From positions 121,396,001-121,460,000 of the forward strand of contig NW_026262679.1 in the NCBI RefSeq assembly GCF_021869535.1: a stretch of DNA of 64,000 nt. The letters run 5' to 3'. The DNA comes from Mytilus californianus. Its lineage: Eukaryota. The notes under the pieces were generated by a model, which saw only the letters and a program-made list of their open reading frames with translations, made no database searches and was not told the DNA's origin. Within the stretch, counting starts at the first letter, position 1; every line of letters begins with the position of its first letter. The translations under genes were made by a program, and so were the position numbers. This document shows positions 33,701 through 46,760 of this stretch, in pieces.

Positions 33701-34533
33701 TTTGATGTGTTTTCTTTTTCATTTGAATCAAGATTATATTTACATATCCAGAATATGGTTAGAACAAATTGTCCTGATATTTAAAAGTCAATTAATTATT
33801 AATTTTTATTTATGAAGGGTTGTTTTATTATTATTGCCAAGCTGTGATATTAGCAAGACTCAAATGTATAACATGCTGTGCATGTTTTTGTTTTAATGTT
33901 GTAATATTAGTAATGTATACCTACATAATATACACCCACATAATTCAAGGTAATAAATTGTTTTCGTTGTTACCTTTAGATCTGATTTTTTTTGTAAAAA
34001 GAGGATTTTACTTGGAAAGAAGACTTTCAAGTCTTCTGAAATCCTTATACTGCTGGCTAGTCTTTTAATTGCAGAAAACTATTTCAGTAGTGTTAACGTT
34101 TCCCTTTCTGTGCTTTATAACTATATAACTTCAAAGCATTATATGGACACTGATATGTTCATATGATCTGTTGCATATTTGTAAAATATCTTGTGCATCA
34201 TGTTATGATACAACAGTTAGGGAAATGAATTTACAGATAATCTTGAGACAATAATTGAGTGCTTGCCTTAAGTTTTTTAGGTTCTTGTGTTTTAAACTTT
34301 TAGTGTCTCCCTTATTTTTCAGTTAAATTTTCATATTTTAATCTGACATAGTTAATTCAAAATTTTTACTTAAACAGATGTTTTGAAATTAGCTTTGGTA
34401 GAATGCATATATTTATGACATATTCTAGCATATAGAGGCAATTCAGCCCAGTCAAACAAATGTGTATAAAGAGCAAATAGTGTGAATTCAGAATTTTGAA
34501 TGAGATTTGGATTTTCAAATATTTTGGCCACAA

Positions 34534-34577
34534 GCATCACTGAAGAGACATTAATTGTCAAAATTTTCATCTGGTGC
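34534..34577 (+). ncRNA. Decayed type I hammerhead of a third sequence family (CUGAAGA variant)
   Basis: GCATCA-CTGAAGA-GACA-TTAAT-TGTC-AAAA-TTTTCATC-TGGTGC. Stems I and II pair, but the GAAA core and stem III are broken. Confidence 0.55.
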
Positions 34578-34966
34578 AGAAAATTTGGTATCATTAGTGT
34601 TATCGATAGATACATTTATTATTGAAAATCTGCCACCTATAATACTGGGAGATTAATTAAATCAATTCCTGTACATGTGATGATCGAGTTATAGTAGCCA
34701 ACATTTAAATGTAAGTTTTAACTACATTAGTTTCTGAATTCACATTTTAAAATAATTAATATTACTTGTAGTGCAATGAAGTGCAATTGTCAGAACACAA
34801 AATTAATAAAATGGAGAAGTTATACATTTGTATACTGAAAAATGTACACTGTTTTCTTTTTGCTTTTCTGTTTCTTTTTATTATTTCCAGTTAATTTATT
34901 TGATTTGAATACTAGTTTGTTATACTTCAATACTTTAAGTTTGAACTGTATTTGAATTGAGGAACA

Positions 34967-35780
34967 TTTTTGTCTCGCCTTGACAAAAAGCGAGACATAG
35001 GTATGCTGTTTCCTGCGTCGGTGGCGGCGATGGTGGCGGTGTCAACAATGTATTAGTTTGTGATTAGGTCTAGTTCATGGTGAACCACTAGTGGTAGGTC
35101 AATGATATTTGGTATGCAGTTGTATTAGCATTGGCACATCTTATTACCATGGAGATTATTTGGCCCCGCCCCCTCAGTCAAGGTCTATTGACTTTGAAAC
35201 TTTTCATAGTTTACATGTATTAGTTTGTGATAAGGCCAATTTATGGGGAACTACTAGTGGTAGGTCAATGATATTTGGTATGCAGTTGTATAAGCATTGG
35301 CATATCTCATTTCCATTGAGATTATTTGGCTTCGCCCCCTAAGTCATGGTCTATAGACTTTTGAAAATTTTGCTAAGTTTACATGTATTAGTTTGTGATT
35401 AGGTCAGTTCAAGGGGAACCATTAGTGGTAGGCCAATGTTAATTGGTGTTCAGTTGTATAAGCAATAGCACATCTCATTTCCATGGAGAATATTTCGCCC
35501 CGCCCCCTCAGTCATGGTCTATTTACTTTGAAACTTTTGCTTAGTTTACATGTATTAGTTTGTGATTAGATCAGTTTAAGATGAACTGCTAATGTTAAGT
35601 CAATGGTATTTGGTATGCAGTTGTATTAACATTGGCACATCTCATTCCATGGAGATTGTTTAGCCATGTACCTTCACTCATGGTTCATTTGATTGATCTC
35701 AAACAACTCAGAAGATACAAATCTTTATCACTGCATATTCAGCCTGACAAAAGCAATGTTTTACTCGTAGGATGTGAGAA
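34967..35780 (+). mobile_element. HINE-like element with about 4 tandem ~167-bp monomers
   Basis: 5' TTTTTGTCTCGCC...AAGCGAGACATAG hairpin plus (GGC)n-like microsatellite. Monomers at 35091, 35257, 35425 and about 35592. Close to 60051-60760; 3' end diverged. Confidence 0.8.
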
Positions 35781-36168
35781 GGTTAAAGGAAGTAATGAAA
35801 TGCTAAAATATATGCTGTTCAGGTAACAGGGTATTAAAACTATATTTGTTTAACATTTCTAATTTAAATGTTGCCTTTTATTTCAAACCAATATTAGTTT
35901 AATCGTGCAGTAATAAAAAATTTTGATCAGTTGGTGCTTGAATCAAAACAGTTAAAAGGCCAAATTAAAGACAAAGACAAAGTTGAGCATTAAAAACCAA
36001 AAATTCTGGAAAGTTATAACAAATATGACTAAGACTTTCTTTGCCTGTTGGTGGAAAAACCTTAGGGCCTTGAATACTTTTTACATGAAAAATCAGTAAA
36101 CCAAAAAATCAGCGCTGTCATCTGGAAGGTCTTCAACGATAAACAAAACAGGTCTCATCTACAATCAT

Positions 36169-36215
36169 GTGCAGTTCCTGATGAAGGTCTATCCAGAAAA
36201 GCACCTCGGACACAC
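36169..36215 (+). ncRNA. Family-B hammerhead-like motif, best-preserved copy of that family
   Basis: GTGCAGTTC-CTGATGA-AGGTCTATCCA-GAAA-AGCACCTC-GGACACAC. Core nucleotides are present, but stems II and III are weak. Confidence 0.45.
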
Positions 36216-37439
36216 GAAATTAAATAAACTGTTCTTTTTATTAACTACTACTGGATTGATATCACTGCAGGTGGAATGTTAGTGTAACCTCAGAAACTGA
36301 TAATCCGGCTTACGAAAGCACAAATATATGGTTTGAAGAAAAATTAAAAAAACACATAACATAAGTCTATTGAAATGCAGATCCTAAATTCAATATTCTT
36401 TAGCTTGGAATAAAGATTGCTTATCCAAATATCAAATAAATACATCAGAAACATTTAGTTATCTTTACATAGATACAAGTATATAAAAGCTATAATAACA
36501 TGATTATTTCCCTTTCTAAATATTACACACAATTCTTAACTTTTCTCGATCATAGTTTGAAATAATAGAAAGTCTTCAAAGTAATCAACATTTGTTCATG
36601 GATAATCAATAATGTTTCAATTAGAAATATCAAAAATTAACTAAACAAACATAATTTCAATCAAGGGCACACAATTGCAATTCACTATACATACCCTAAA
36701 TAAGGAAATGGCAGACAATTTCATGGCAAAATAACATCCTTTGGTATTTTGTAGAACCTTTTATTTAAAACAGTCACATTTTTGGGGCCCTTTATAGCTT
36801 GCTGTTCTGTGCGAGCCAAGGCTACGTGTTTAAGGCCGTACTTTGACCTATAATGTTTTACTTTTACAAATTGTGACTTGGATGGAGAGTTGTCTGATTG
36901 GCACTCATGCCACATCTTCTTATATCAATATTGAAAATCATAATATATATTTAAAAAATACACCAACCTTAAATCTTCATATATTCTTGTTCACAAAACT
37001 GAGACACAACTACACCTGTCGATCAGTTATATATCAATAGTGAAATACATACAATGCCTTTTATAGCTGACTATGCGGTATAGGTTTTATCCATTATTGA
37101 AGGCTGTACGGTGACCTATAGTTGTTAACTTCTGTGTCTTGGTCTCTTGTGGAGAGTTGTCTCATTGGCAATCATACCACATCTTCTTATTTTTATAATA
37201 TAATGAACAGTTTTTACCTTGAATGAAGTAAATAATATTTTGAAATACCTTCAACTTATAATTGGACAAAATGATCAAAATGTATTATAAATATACTTTG
37301 ATAAAATATATAAATGCTATTATAAAAATGATGTTTTCTTTTTTTCCAACTTGATCTTATTTCAAAATTTCACTTCATTTACTGAACTCCACACAAAGAG
37401 AGATAACTCAAAAATAAATAATGTAATTTTTGACATGTT

Positions 37440-37740
37440 ACATTATTCTCCGAAGGTATCATCGGCTAAGTAGTCAGTCCTTCGGTACTGACATGATTTA
37501 TAGCTTTTTTTTTATCTAAAATTCTTCTTTGATAAATTAATAATTTAGGTTACAACTCCATCGGTCAAAAATGACCTAAGATAAATTTGGCTACTCTATT
37601 TGGGTTGGCCATATATATATAGCTCCAAAATTTAATTTTCAGGACTTTTACATCCTTGGCTTTCAATTTCAATTCTTTTATTATTGAGTGTTCCTGGTGG
37701 GTTAATCCTGAAAAGAGCTAAGCACGTACGAAATTATATA
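37440..37740 (+). mobile_element. Family-B retrozyme-like monomer, decayed
   Basis: Begins with GAAGGTATCATCGGCTAAGTAGTCAG (shared with family A at about 16790-16815), aligns with the reverse complement of 18040-18265, and ends with GTGTTC-CTGGTG...TCCTGAAAAGAGCT. Confidence 0.55.
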
Positions 37741-38869
37741 TAGCGTTAAGTGATAAGTTCATTTACAACAAAATCATTTAGTTTGGTTTAACTAAGTAGT
37801 GGTAGATTAAAATATTATATTTTCGCTGGCACATGTGTATTTTTGTTTGGAGGGAAAATCTCTAAGTGGGTTAATTTTTTATTAAGTTTGAACTGGGGTA
37901 ATTAATTCGGGTTAACTAATCCCGGGTCAGACCCGTAGCAGATTTATACCATAGTGTGAACACGGTATAATACATTTATCTATTATTCCCAGCTCAGAAG
38001 AATCATCATGATGATATCCGACACGCAGCGAAGAACTCTATAAATTAGTTTCTTCACTTGGTGTACACTAATGTTAAGTCACTCCATAGATATAATAGCC
38101 ATATCTATTATATTTATGGTCAATCTAATCAAAATATAGATCTATCGTAACTTGCGTCGAAGTCGGCATCTATATTTTAATCGGATTGATGTTCAGAACA
38201 CCTGGCCAATAATGACTAATGCCATCACTAAATGTCCGTCGTCCTTCGTCGCCCATCGTCTGTCGTCCGTTTAATTTAAGAAAGAAATATCTAAACTGAT
38301 AGGCCAATTGGGACAAAACTTGTATTTAATCATCCTTAGAGTATCCAGTTTAAAAAGATATGTCTGATGCCCGGCTTTTTCAGTAACAACAGGAGGTCAA
38401 AATTGATTGGAATTTTTTCTTTAAAAAAAGCACTGACTTTAAAGAGTCTTCTCAGATGAGATATGCAGACTTGACGCCACAAGACAGGATTTTTTCAACA
38501 TGAATTGATAACAAACATATGATACCGATTTCAGATCGTGCGATCGATACCAAACATTTTGGAAGCAATTAAACAAAACAAAAGGTCAATAGTGAATGAA
38601 GAGTTGCAAAACAGAAGTTTCTAAAGAGGTAAAAATAACGACAAAAGACAGAAAACACGTGCATGGCCGATAAGCAAAGGAAAAACAACCGAGAAGACAA
38701 ACTTACAGTTCACACGCCACCATACAGAAATCCAAAAGTAGAACAAAACGAATTTAAGAATTAGCATCTAGAATCAATCATAATTTCTCGTTTAGAAAAT
38801 GTCAATAATGAAACACTTATTAGATTGATGATGCTATCGGGATATAAGCAAACTAATCAAAGATACCAG

Positions 38870-39610
38870 CTGGCTAATAATTTCGACGACAGACGCGCAT
38901 TTAGTCTACATAAGACTCATCATTGGCGTTCGCCTGAATTAAAACGGTTTGCAGGCCAAATCAAGTACGAACTTGTAGAGCTTTAAAACCCGAAAATTCC
39001 GAAAAGTTGTGCCATATCAGGCTAAAGCAATCTATACCTGAGAGTAGAAAACCCTTAGTGCTTTCGAATAGTTCAACATTTTATATACAGTCAGTTTAAA
39101 GAAAATTCACAGATCAATGATATTTCATGTTAACGCTAAAGTGCTAACTACTGGGCTAGTGATACCCGGGGAACGAAACGTCCACCAACTGTGGCATCGA
39201 CCCAGTGGTTGTTATAACTCATGGAAGATACCAAGCTTATAATTGTGTACGCCAGTTGAGTTTCGTCTACCTAAGACTCATCAGTGGCGCTCTAATTAAA
39301 ACAACTGAAAGGACAAATCAAATACGAAGTTGTAGAGCTTAAAAAACTCAATCTCGGATAAAAATGCAGAGCAATCTTAACTCGCGTGCTCGTATATATA
39401 AGGATAACGAAATAAGAGATCTATATTTTAATTAGATTTTTGAAAACCGAAAATTCCGAAAAGTTGTGCCAGTTATGCCTAAGACCATCTATACCAGATG
39501 ACCGGCTATTCAGTCGGGTTTGAATTATTCAGCTTTTAATATACAGCAAATTTACCGAAAATTAACTTATCAATGATATCTTATGTCAAAGCAAAAGTAC
39601 TGATAGTCCA
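38870..39610 (-). mobile_element. Family-A retrozyme array (2 or more monomers, period 361 bp), decayed
   Basis: Hammerheads at 38931-38885 and 39292-39249. The latter keeps CTGATGA-GTCT-TAGGT-AGAC-GAAA intact but has lost stem III and the GTC site. Confidence 0.75.
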
Positions 39611-40039
39611 CCAGTAGTCTATTAATATGGACTTATTTATTGTTTTAAAATTCAAAGTTGTCTAAACAGTGTTTCCAGGTTAATATAAACTTTAATACAA
39701 ATTAAACATAAATATTTAATTGTTGAATGATCAACTTTTAAAAGCCTGGCAATATTTTACTTAAAGCATGAAATCTATGGACGAATTTTAGTAAAGGTTT
39801 TAAGTAATTTGTGGTAACGAAATCCCTGACTTAATAATTTACCAGTTATATATAGATTACGCTCATTGAAATCAAAACACAGATACGGGCATAGCGAACG
39901 AGTTGGGATATATAAACACCATAAGACGGTGCCAGAGGAACATCACCGTCCAAAAAAGGAAAAATAACAATAGGGAAAGAAACATCAGCCATTTAGTCGT
40001 AAATTTTTGTGTAAAGTTTCTGGTGTAAAACTGAAAATC

Positions 40040-41180
40040 TAGGAAAGGAGACTTATTGCTGTTGATATCTGATTTAATTAAGGTAAAGTTCCTGTGGGTA
40101 AATTTCGGCAGTATATTTAGAGAATTCTTGATTATTAACGAAAAAATTTCAACAAGATAACGGCACTTGTTGAATTTATCAATTAAATGGAATTTAGACG
40201 GGTCTTTACTGAGTTTGGCTATAAACTGTGATCCTTAACAGTACAGGAACAAGTCTGCTATTAAACATGTTAAAGGGGCACAATTGGTGCCCACAGGAAT
40301 ACCTACAACCTGTCGATAAACTTTATTGCCGAAACGTACATAAATGTTGCCAAGGCGATAATGAATGACTTTAATCATCTCATCACACCTCCAGTAAGTA
40401 TATCTGGCATATTTACCTTCCTCGTTTAAGATAAGGCTTTATATGAGTTGCAGCAAATAAATTTGCAACCAGATTTATCGAACGACCATTTTGTTAAATA
40501 GGAAAACTTTTGTTTGACAAGATTGTCAGGAAGTGTAGTATGAAGAGTGGAAAGTCCAAAACTGTCAACCGAATCAAAAGAACCATCAAAAGCACGTATC
40601 TTATCTAAAACATCCATAGATTTTTTTACACTCCAAAAATATTTAATTCTACTATTTTCATATTTTTTATTACAAAAGTTAATTATAAGTTCTTTGGTAG
40701 TTGTTAAGGAACTCGTTAAAAGCACTGACAGATTAGAAGTAGAACATTTACTAGAGGCCGAGATGAAACGATATTTTACGGGTTTTTTGTGTAGTTTAGG
40801 TAACCAATACATAGTGGGGACCTTCCAATGTTCAGATGGGCCCTTAAGCTGAGCTATATGGTAGTGCCATGATAATTTACTATTTGACTCTCTGTGGAGC
40901 GTACGGCCTTGAGCGTAGTTGAATGTATTATTTCATTCTTAAGGGCTTCCGTGTAGTATTTACGCCATACCACCACCATATTGTTGGCTGCTTTGTCGGT
41001 CGGGACGTACACAAAACACTTTGCGAGTACTTGGATTTTGTATTTAATCCTAGATATGGGCGTTTTACTTACTCTTTTATTTATTTCTAATTTATTTTCG
41101 AAATGTGCACGATACCCTCCATTTTGAATAGAGTGGCAACCGGCGAGTCGAGAATAGAAAAGTAATTATTGCGATATAGG
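40040..41180 (-). mobile_element. Penelope-like (Naiad-type) RT fragment, pseudogenised
   Basis: Minus-strand frames give FVYVPTDKAANNMVVVWRKYY, MYWLPKLHKKPVKYRFISASSKCS and VYRQVVGIPVGTNCAP. These are homologous to, but clearly distinct from, the element at 43221-46210. Confidence 0.85.
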
Positions 41181-42058
41181 TAAAAAAAAGTTACGTTTGT
41201 TCACGTCGATAATCAAAATAGTGTTTTATAAAATTAAGACTGGAAATGGGGAATGTGTCAAAGAGACAACAACCCGACCAAACAGCAGAAAACAGCTTGC
41301 TTATTTCGATAATATACTTCCCCTAACACCAGTTTCCTCTGGATCCGCCAGTGGTTTGTTATTTTCTGTTTACTTATTTGAAATGTAAGTGCAAATCCAT
41401 CTTAATTCTCTATCGATTTTTAACAAGTAATTAAAAGGCAGAAGAATAAAAGGCTGATAGTTTCCCAGGAGCCTGAATCGCTCTCTATAGCTGGCAAAAA
41501 AAATCCACTGAGTTAAAAATTAAATCTACTTATAAGCAAAAGTGACAGCCGTCACACACTAAGTAAAATTGTGGACAAATTTTAATATTCTCGCTGATAG
41601 TGTTTGTCCTTTACAGTATTTATATTAACTGAAGCTTTCAAGATCGTTGCAAAAAAAAACTAAACGGTTTGTAAAAAATGTCATTTTGGGGCAGTAAATC
41701 TTATAAGGAGTCGATCTACGTATACGGTTATGTTCATTCACTGAATTTTAGATCTTAAACCTGCTGATCATTTTTACTGTTTACAGTTTTTTTATTACAA
41801 GACAATTCCATAGACAAAGACGAATAAATGAGGTAAACACGAGGAGTCGATTGACAATTTCTGTCTACGGACTTCATTTAGATATTGTTTTAGTCCCAGC
41901 TTATAGTTTACACGATAATTGTCAAACACGCAAAAATGTGTAAGAAATCTCTATATAATACAAATAACTCATATATAATGATGCATTAAAAGGGAAATTT
42001 TAACATGTGTCTATTCTTTTTGCGACATCAGTTTGCAAATAAAATATGTTTAAACTTA

Positions 42059-42329
42059 GGGAGCTACCATTTGATTTTTAAGGGGGGCTAGGATGAAATT
42101 TGAAAAAAATAGGCAGAGGACAGGAGTTTTGAGTTAAAAAAAAAAGGCAGGATGAGACAGTTGCAAAAAAAAGACAGGATGACAAAAAGTCAGGATAAAC
42201 TTTACAAAAAAAAAAGGCAGGACCGAATAGAGTAAAAAATAAAAAGGCAGGACAGAGATTACAACTAAAAAAAAATGCAGGTCAACATTTTTCATCCTAG
42301 CCCCCCATAAAAATCAAATGGTAGCTCCC
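42059..42329. mobile_element. Tourist-like MITE (PIF/Harbinger)
   Basis: TIRs GGGAGCTACCATTTGATTTT / AAAATCAAATGGTAGCTCCC. TTA TSD at 42056-42058 and 42330-42332. Internal AAAAGGCAGGA repeats. Confidence 0.92.
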
Positions 42330-42343
42330 TTAGGATGATTCTC

Positions 42344-42579
42344 ATATTTGTTTTTTATTTTCAATAATTTTTAAAATATAATAAAAATTACTAGAAAAAC
42401 AAGTCTTAGAACAATTTTTCCTAGGAAAATATGTCCCAGGACAAATTTTCCTAGGAAAATAAGTCCATAGCTAGTAAAATATGTCTGGAACTTATTTTCC
42501 TAGGAAAAATTGCCCTAAGACTTGTTTTTCTTGTAATTTTTATTATATTTTAAAAATTATTGAAAATAAAAAAAAATAT
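42344..42579. repeat. 236-bp foldback palindrome with ~87-bp arms
   Basis: 42344-42431 is the near-perfect reverse complement of 42493-42579. It contains the TTTTCCTAGGAAAA motif also found in the adjacent array. Confidence 0.88.
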
Positions 42580-42619
42580 TAGTTAAGATTGGAAAGTTTC
42601 ATTAATTTTTCCTATTAAA

Positions 42620-45600
42620 ATAAAAGGACATGGCCGGACGTTATAACCTAGGCATGTTAATGACATGGACATGATGTCTTAGGAAAATTAGTCTGGGGAC
42701 ATAAATTCTATTAAAATATTAATACACAACTCTAAAACAATATTAAAACATAACATTTAAATTTAACATTCAAAATAAAGGGAATGGACGTTTTTACCTA
42801 GGAATATTTATGACATGGACATGATTTCCTAGGAAAATTAGTCTGGGGACATGAATTTTATTAAAATATTAATGCACAACTCTTAAACAATATTAAAACA
42901 TAAAAATTGAATTTCCATTGTTAACATGTAAATAATTTGTTTCATTAAAATTTTCCTTTTAAAATAAATGGCATGGACGTTTTTACCTAGGAATATGAAT
43001 GACATGAACATGATTTCCTAGGAAAATTGGTCTGGGGACAAACATTATATCAAAAAAATCGATACATAACTCTTAAACAATATTAAAACATAACATTTAT
43101 ATTTACCTTTTAAAATAAAGGACATGGACATTTTTACCAAGGAATATTAATGACATGGACATGATTTCCTAGGAAAATTAGTCAGGTGACATGATTTTTA
43201 TTTAAAATATAAATACACGACACGGTGTCGTCTGATAAGGCAGGTGTCCCCTCATCACCAGACATGACAAATATCCCAAACATGACTCATTCAGATCATC
43301 ATACTAGTGACAATAGCAATAGTACACATACACAGCCATGTTCAGTTCTCCTTAAAGACATTTTGGATCTTGATGACTCTGAACAACACTGTCTCATTTC
43401 GAAATGTGGAACAAATGGCTGCAAAACTTGTGAAATATTAATAACAGATGCTCAATTCACTAGCAATTTAACTAAAACGTCTTATTTTACTAGAAGTTAC
43501 GATGATCTGAAATGTAAATCTATAAATGTCGTCTACGGATTAGAGTGTAACCTTTGCGGTTTGTTTTACGTCGGTGAAACGAAAGGAAGGCTAAACAAAC
43601 GTATGTGCGGCCATAGATCAGATATCAACCTCAATGCAAACGACATTCTGTACCAGCATTTTAATCAGCCTGATCATTCCATCGTTTCTATGACAGTTCG
43701 TTTTATCGAATTAATATACCACAAGACTAACAATCCTCAACTTGCAACGCCTCTCCGTAGACAAAAAGAGGACAATTGGGAACTGCGAAACCATATGGTT
43801 GCAATGACAAAATTGATGGTATAGGTATTCTATCTAGTCCTTCCTGTAGCTCGGTGAATGTAAGTCAAGATATGAGGTAGACTTAACTGTATGATGAATA
43901 TTTTCAACTCTACTCCTCATGGTCATCGTCATTATACATCACCTACTTTGCATGATGTCTCTATTAATGACTTGCTGCCATTTATACAAAAGCCGTTAGG
44001 TATTCATCACATTCGCACGAAACTTTATCAATTACCCCTTTCAAAACTTCATTCTCTGTTCAATTTATGTTTGGAAACCACTGTTACAAACCCTCATTCA
44101 AACCAATACAAACTTACAGCTATCATTTCGGATATTGCAAGTCACAGACTTTTCAAACCAGTTCGCATTGGAAAAGATAGAAAAGAGAAAAGATCTTTTC
44201 TTAAATTTTCCTTTGCCAACAAAGGTCTCGATGGCGTCAACTTAGGCAATATCCTTCATCATAAATTAGTTCAGTCGAAAATACCACCTTATTTTAAAGA
44301 TCAGTCTGTACCAATAATTTCTTATACTATACCAAAACAGTTGAAACTAAAAATTTCAATTACAAACACGTTTTGCAGGATCTCAACATTGACGACTTCA
44401 AGTCTTAACCTCCTGATTGCACCTGTGCTAGTTCCCAATTCACATATAATCCGGCTGGTCACATTATTACCGGAGACCTCAACATTGTCAATAACACTTC
44501 CCTGCGAAATTTGGTATCCAAAGGTCCGAAATATCGTGAGTCTAAATCCATCAATTGGAAATATAACTTCAAAATACTGATGGATTCAGTCGAGGATTAT
44601 GCCAGGCAATGGGCTAAACGCGAGAAAGAAGACGTAGATACTCTTTCCGAATGGATTAAGGCTGTGAGGTCGTTGATACAAATCCGAATTAAGAAACTAA
44701 ATGGGTCTATCAATACCCACGCTACGTCAATTTTTAAAGACCCAAATATTGCAAAACACTTGTCCTACCTCCATGACAAATATGTTGTTGTCCCCGCAGA
44801 TAAAGCCCCAAACAACATCGTTTTTGTGTGTAAATATCATTACATAAACTGCTTGATAAATGAATTAGGTATTGACAATTCACTTGGAAACTCAACATAT
44901 ACCCTCACGACACTTACCAAAGAGGAAATCCTGGATAATCATAGGTCTGTTCTATGTTCCTTTGGAATTTCAACCAAAGATGAAGAACTGGATCTTCCAT
45001 CACTGTATTGGGTACCTAAACTACTAGTAATAAGTGTCCTTACAAACAACGGTATATTGCTGGGTCTTCCAAGTGCTCCATGAAACCTCTTTCTAAATTA
45101 TTAACATCTATTTTATCAGCAATCAAAGCCGGGCTCCAAAGTTATTGTGAAACTGCCTATTCTAGAGGTGGCGTGAACCAGATGTGGATACTAAAAGATT
45201 CCAAAGATCTTTTAGAGTACATACAATCTAAGACTCTCTCATCTTGCAATAGTATTAAAACATTTGACTTTTCTACACTTTACACAAGTATTCCCCATTC
45301 CAAACTAAAAGACAAATTGAAAGAGTTGGTATTACTTTGTTTCATTAAAAAGAATGGCGAACGTAGATACAAATATCTTGTCTTGGGGAGGGATAAATCC
45401 TACTTTGTAAAGAATCACTCTGATTCAAACAAAAAATTCTCTGAAACTGACATTATCAAGATGCTTGATTTCTTGATTGACAACATATTTGTTACGTTTG
45501 GAGGACGTGTTTTTCAACAGACTGTCGGAATTCCAATGGGAACCAATTGTGTCCTCTTATTGCCGACTTGTTTCTTTATTATTATGAGGCAGACTTCATA

Positions 45601-46480
45601 CAGGAACTTCTCGGGAAGAAAGATAATAAGTTAGCAATATCCTTTAACTTTACGTTCCGCTACATAGATGGTGTTCTCTCACTAGATAATACAAAATTTG
45701 GTGACTATGTTGAACGTAGCTATCCCATCGAACTAGAGATAAAGGATACTACAGATACAGTTAAGTCTACCTCATATCTTGACTTACATCTAGAAATTGA
45801 CAATGAGGGTCGGTTGAAAACAAAACTTTACGACAAAAGAGATGATTTCAGCTTCCCAATTGTTAACTTTCCATTTCTATGTAGCAACATTCCAGCAGCG
45901 CCTGCATACGGAGTATATATCTCCCAATTGATACGATATTCCCGGGCTTGTATTTCCTATCATGAAACGGATTTGTAATAACATAAGCAACACGACGGGT
46001 GCCACATGTGGAGCAGGATCTGCTTACCCTTCCGGAGCACCTGAGATCATCCCCAGTTTTTGGTGGGGTTCGTGTTGTTTAGTCTTTAGTTTTCTATGTT
46101 GTGTCATCTGTACTATTATTTGTATGTTTGTCTTTTTATTTTTGGCCATGGCGTTGTCAGTTTGTTTTCGATCTATGAGTTTGACTGTCCCTCTGGTATC
46201 TTTCGTACCTCTCTTAAACAATTTTAAAACTTAATATTTAAATTTCCAATATTGTTTAAATTTAAATGATTTGATTACTGAATATTTTTCCTATAAAAAA
46301 AGGACATGGACATTTTTACCTAGGAATATTAATGACATGGACTTGAATTCCTAGCAAAATTAGTCTGGGGACATAAATTACTAACATCGGACTAAAAATA
46401 CTAGTAAATTCTGTAACCATGGACTTTTTATACTAGTAATATGTGTCCGCCCGGACATATTTTACCAGGGCAAATTTATC
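42620..46480 (+). repeat. Tandem array of alternating ~150/~189-bp monomers, interrupted by the Naiad insertion
   Basis: GGACATGAT-like anchors at 42667, 42817, 43006 and 43157, resuming at 46339. Removing 43221-46210 restores a ~192-bp long-type monomer. Confidence 0.82.
43221..46210 (+). mobile_element. Naiad-type Penelope-like retroelement (N-terminal GIY-YIG, CxC linker, C-terminal RT), defective
   Basis: Across several frameshifts: CGTNGCKTC, then NVVYGLECNLCGLFYVGET...GHRSDIN...QHFNQPDH (GIY-YIG with CCHH), then PPDCTCASS (CxC), then RT motifs TFDFSTLYTSIPH, QTVGIPMGTNC and FRYIDGVL. The domain order matches Naiad as defined by Craig et al. (MBE 2021). The catalytic YIDD is mutated to YIDG, and there is an internal deletion near 45960 before the 3' terminal repeat region. 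Confidence 0.92.
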
Positions 46481-46584
46481 TCTTACATAAATACTGAAGC
46501 TATTTCAATATTCGTCCGGGTTGACAATCATTTCCTTGCGGGAACTTGTGCCATCAAATGGATATTTCAATATTTCTAATATTT

Positions 46585-46760
46585 CATTTTCACTGAACTA
46601 GCACACATTTTTGTTTAGGGGCCAGCTGAAGCCCGTCTCCGGGTGCGGGATTTTCTCGCTGTGTTGAAGACCCATTGGTGGCCTTGTGCTATTTTCTGCT
46701 CTTTGGTCGGGTTGTTGTCTCTTTGGCACATTCCCCATTTTATTTCCATTCTCAATTTTA
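46585..46760 (-). repeat. Dispersed repeat (AAGAGACAACAACCCGACC family)
   Basis: Related copies at 52770-52946 (-) and 41236-41300 (+, partial). Confidence 0.75.

Noticed and set aside
43225-45978. Possible selenocysteine-encoding Naiad
   Set aside because: Selenoprotein Naiads are reported from clams and spiders, but the conserved Cys positions seen here use TGT/TGC. The interruptions are frameshifts and a TAA, consistent with decay.
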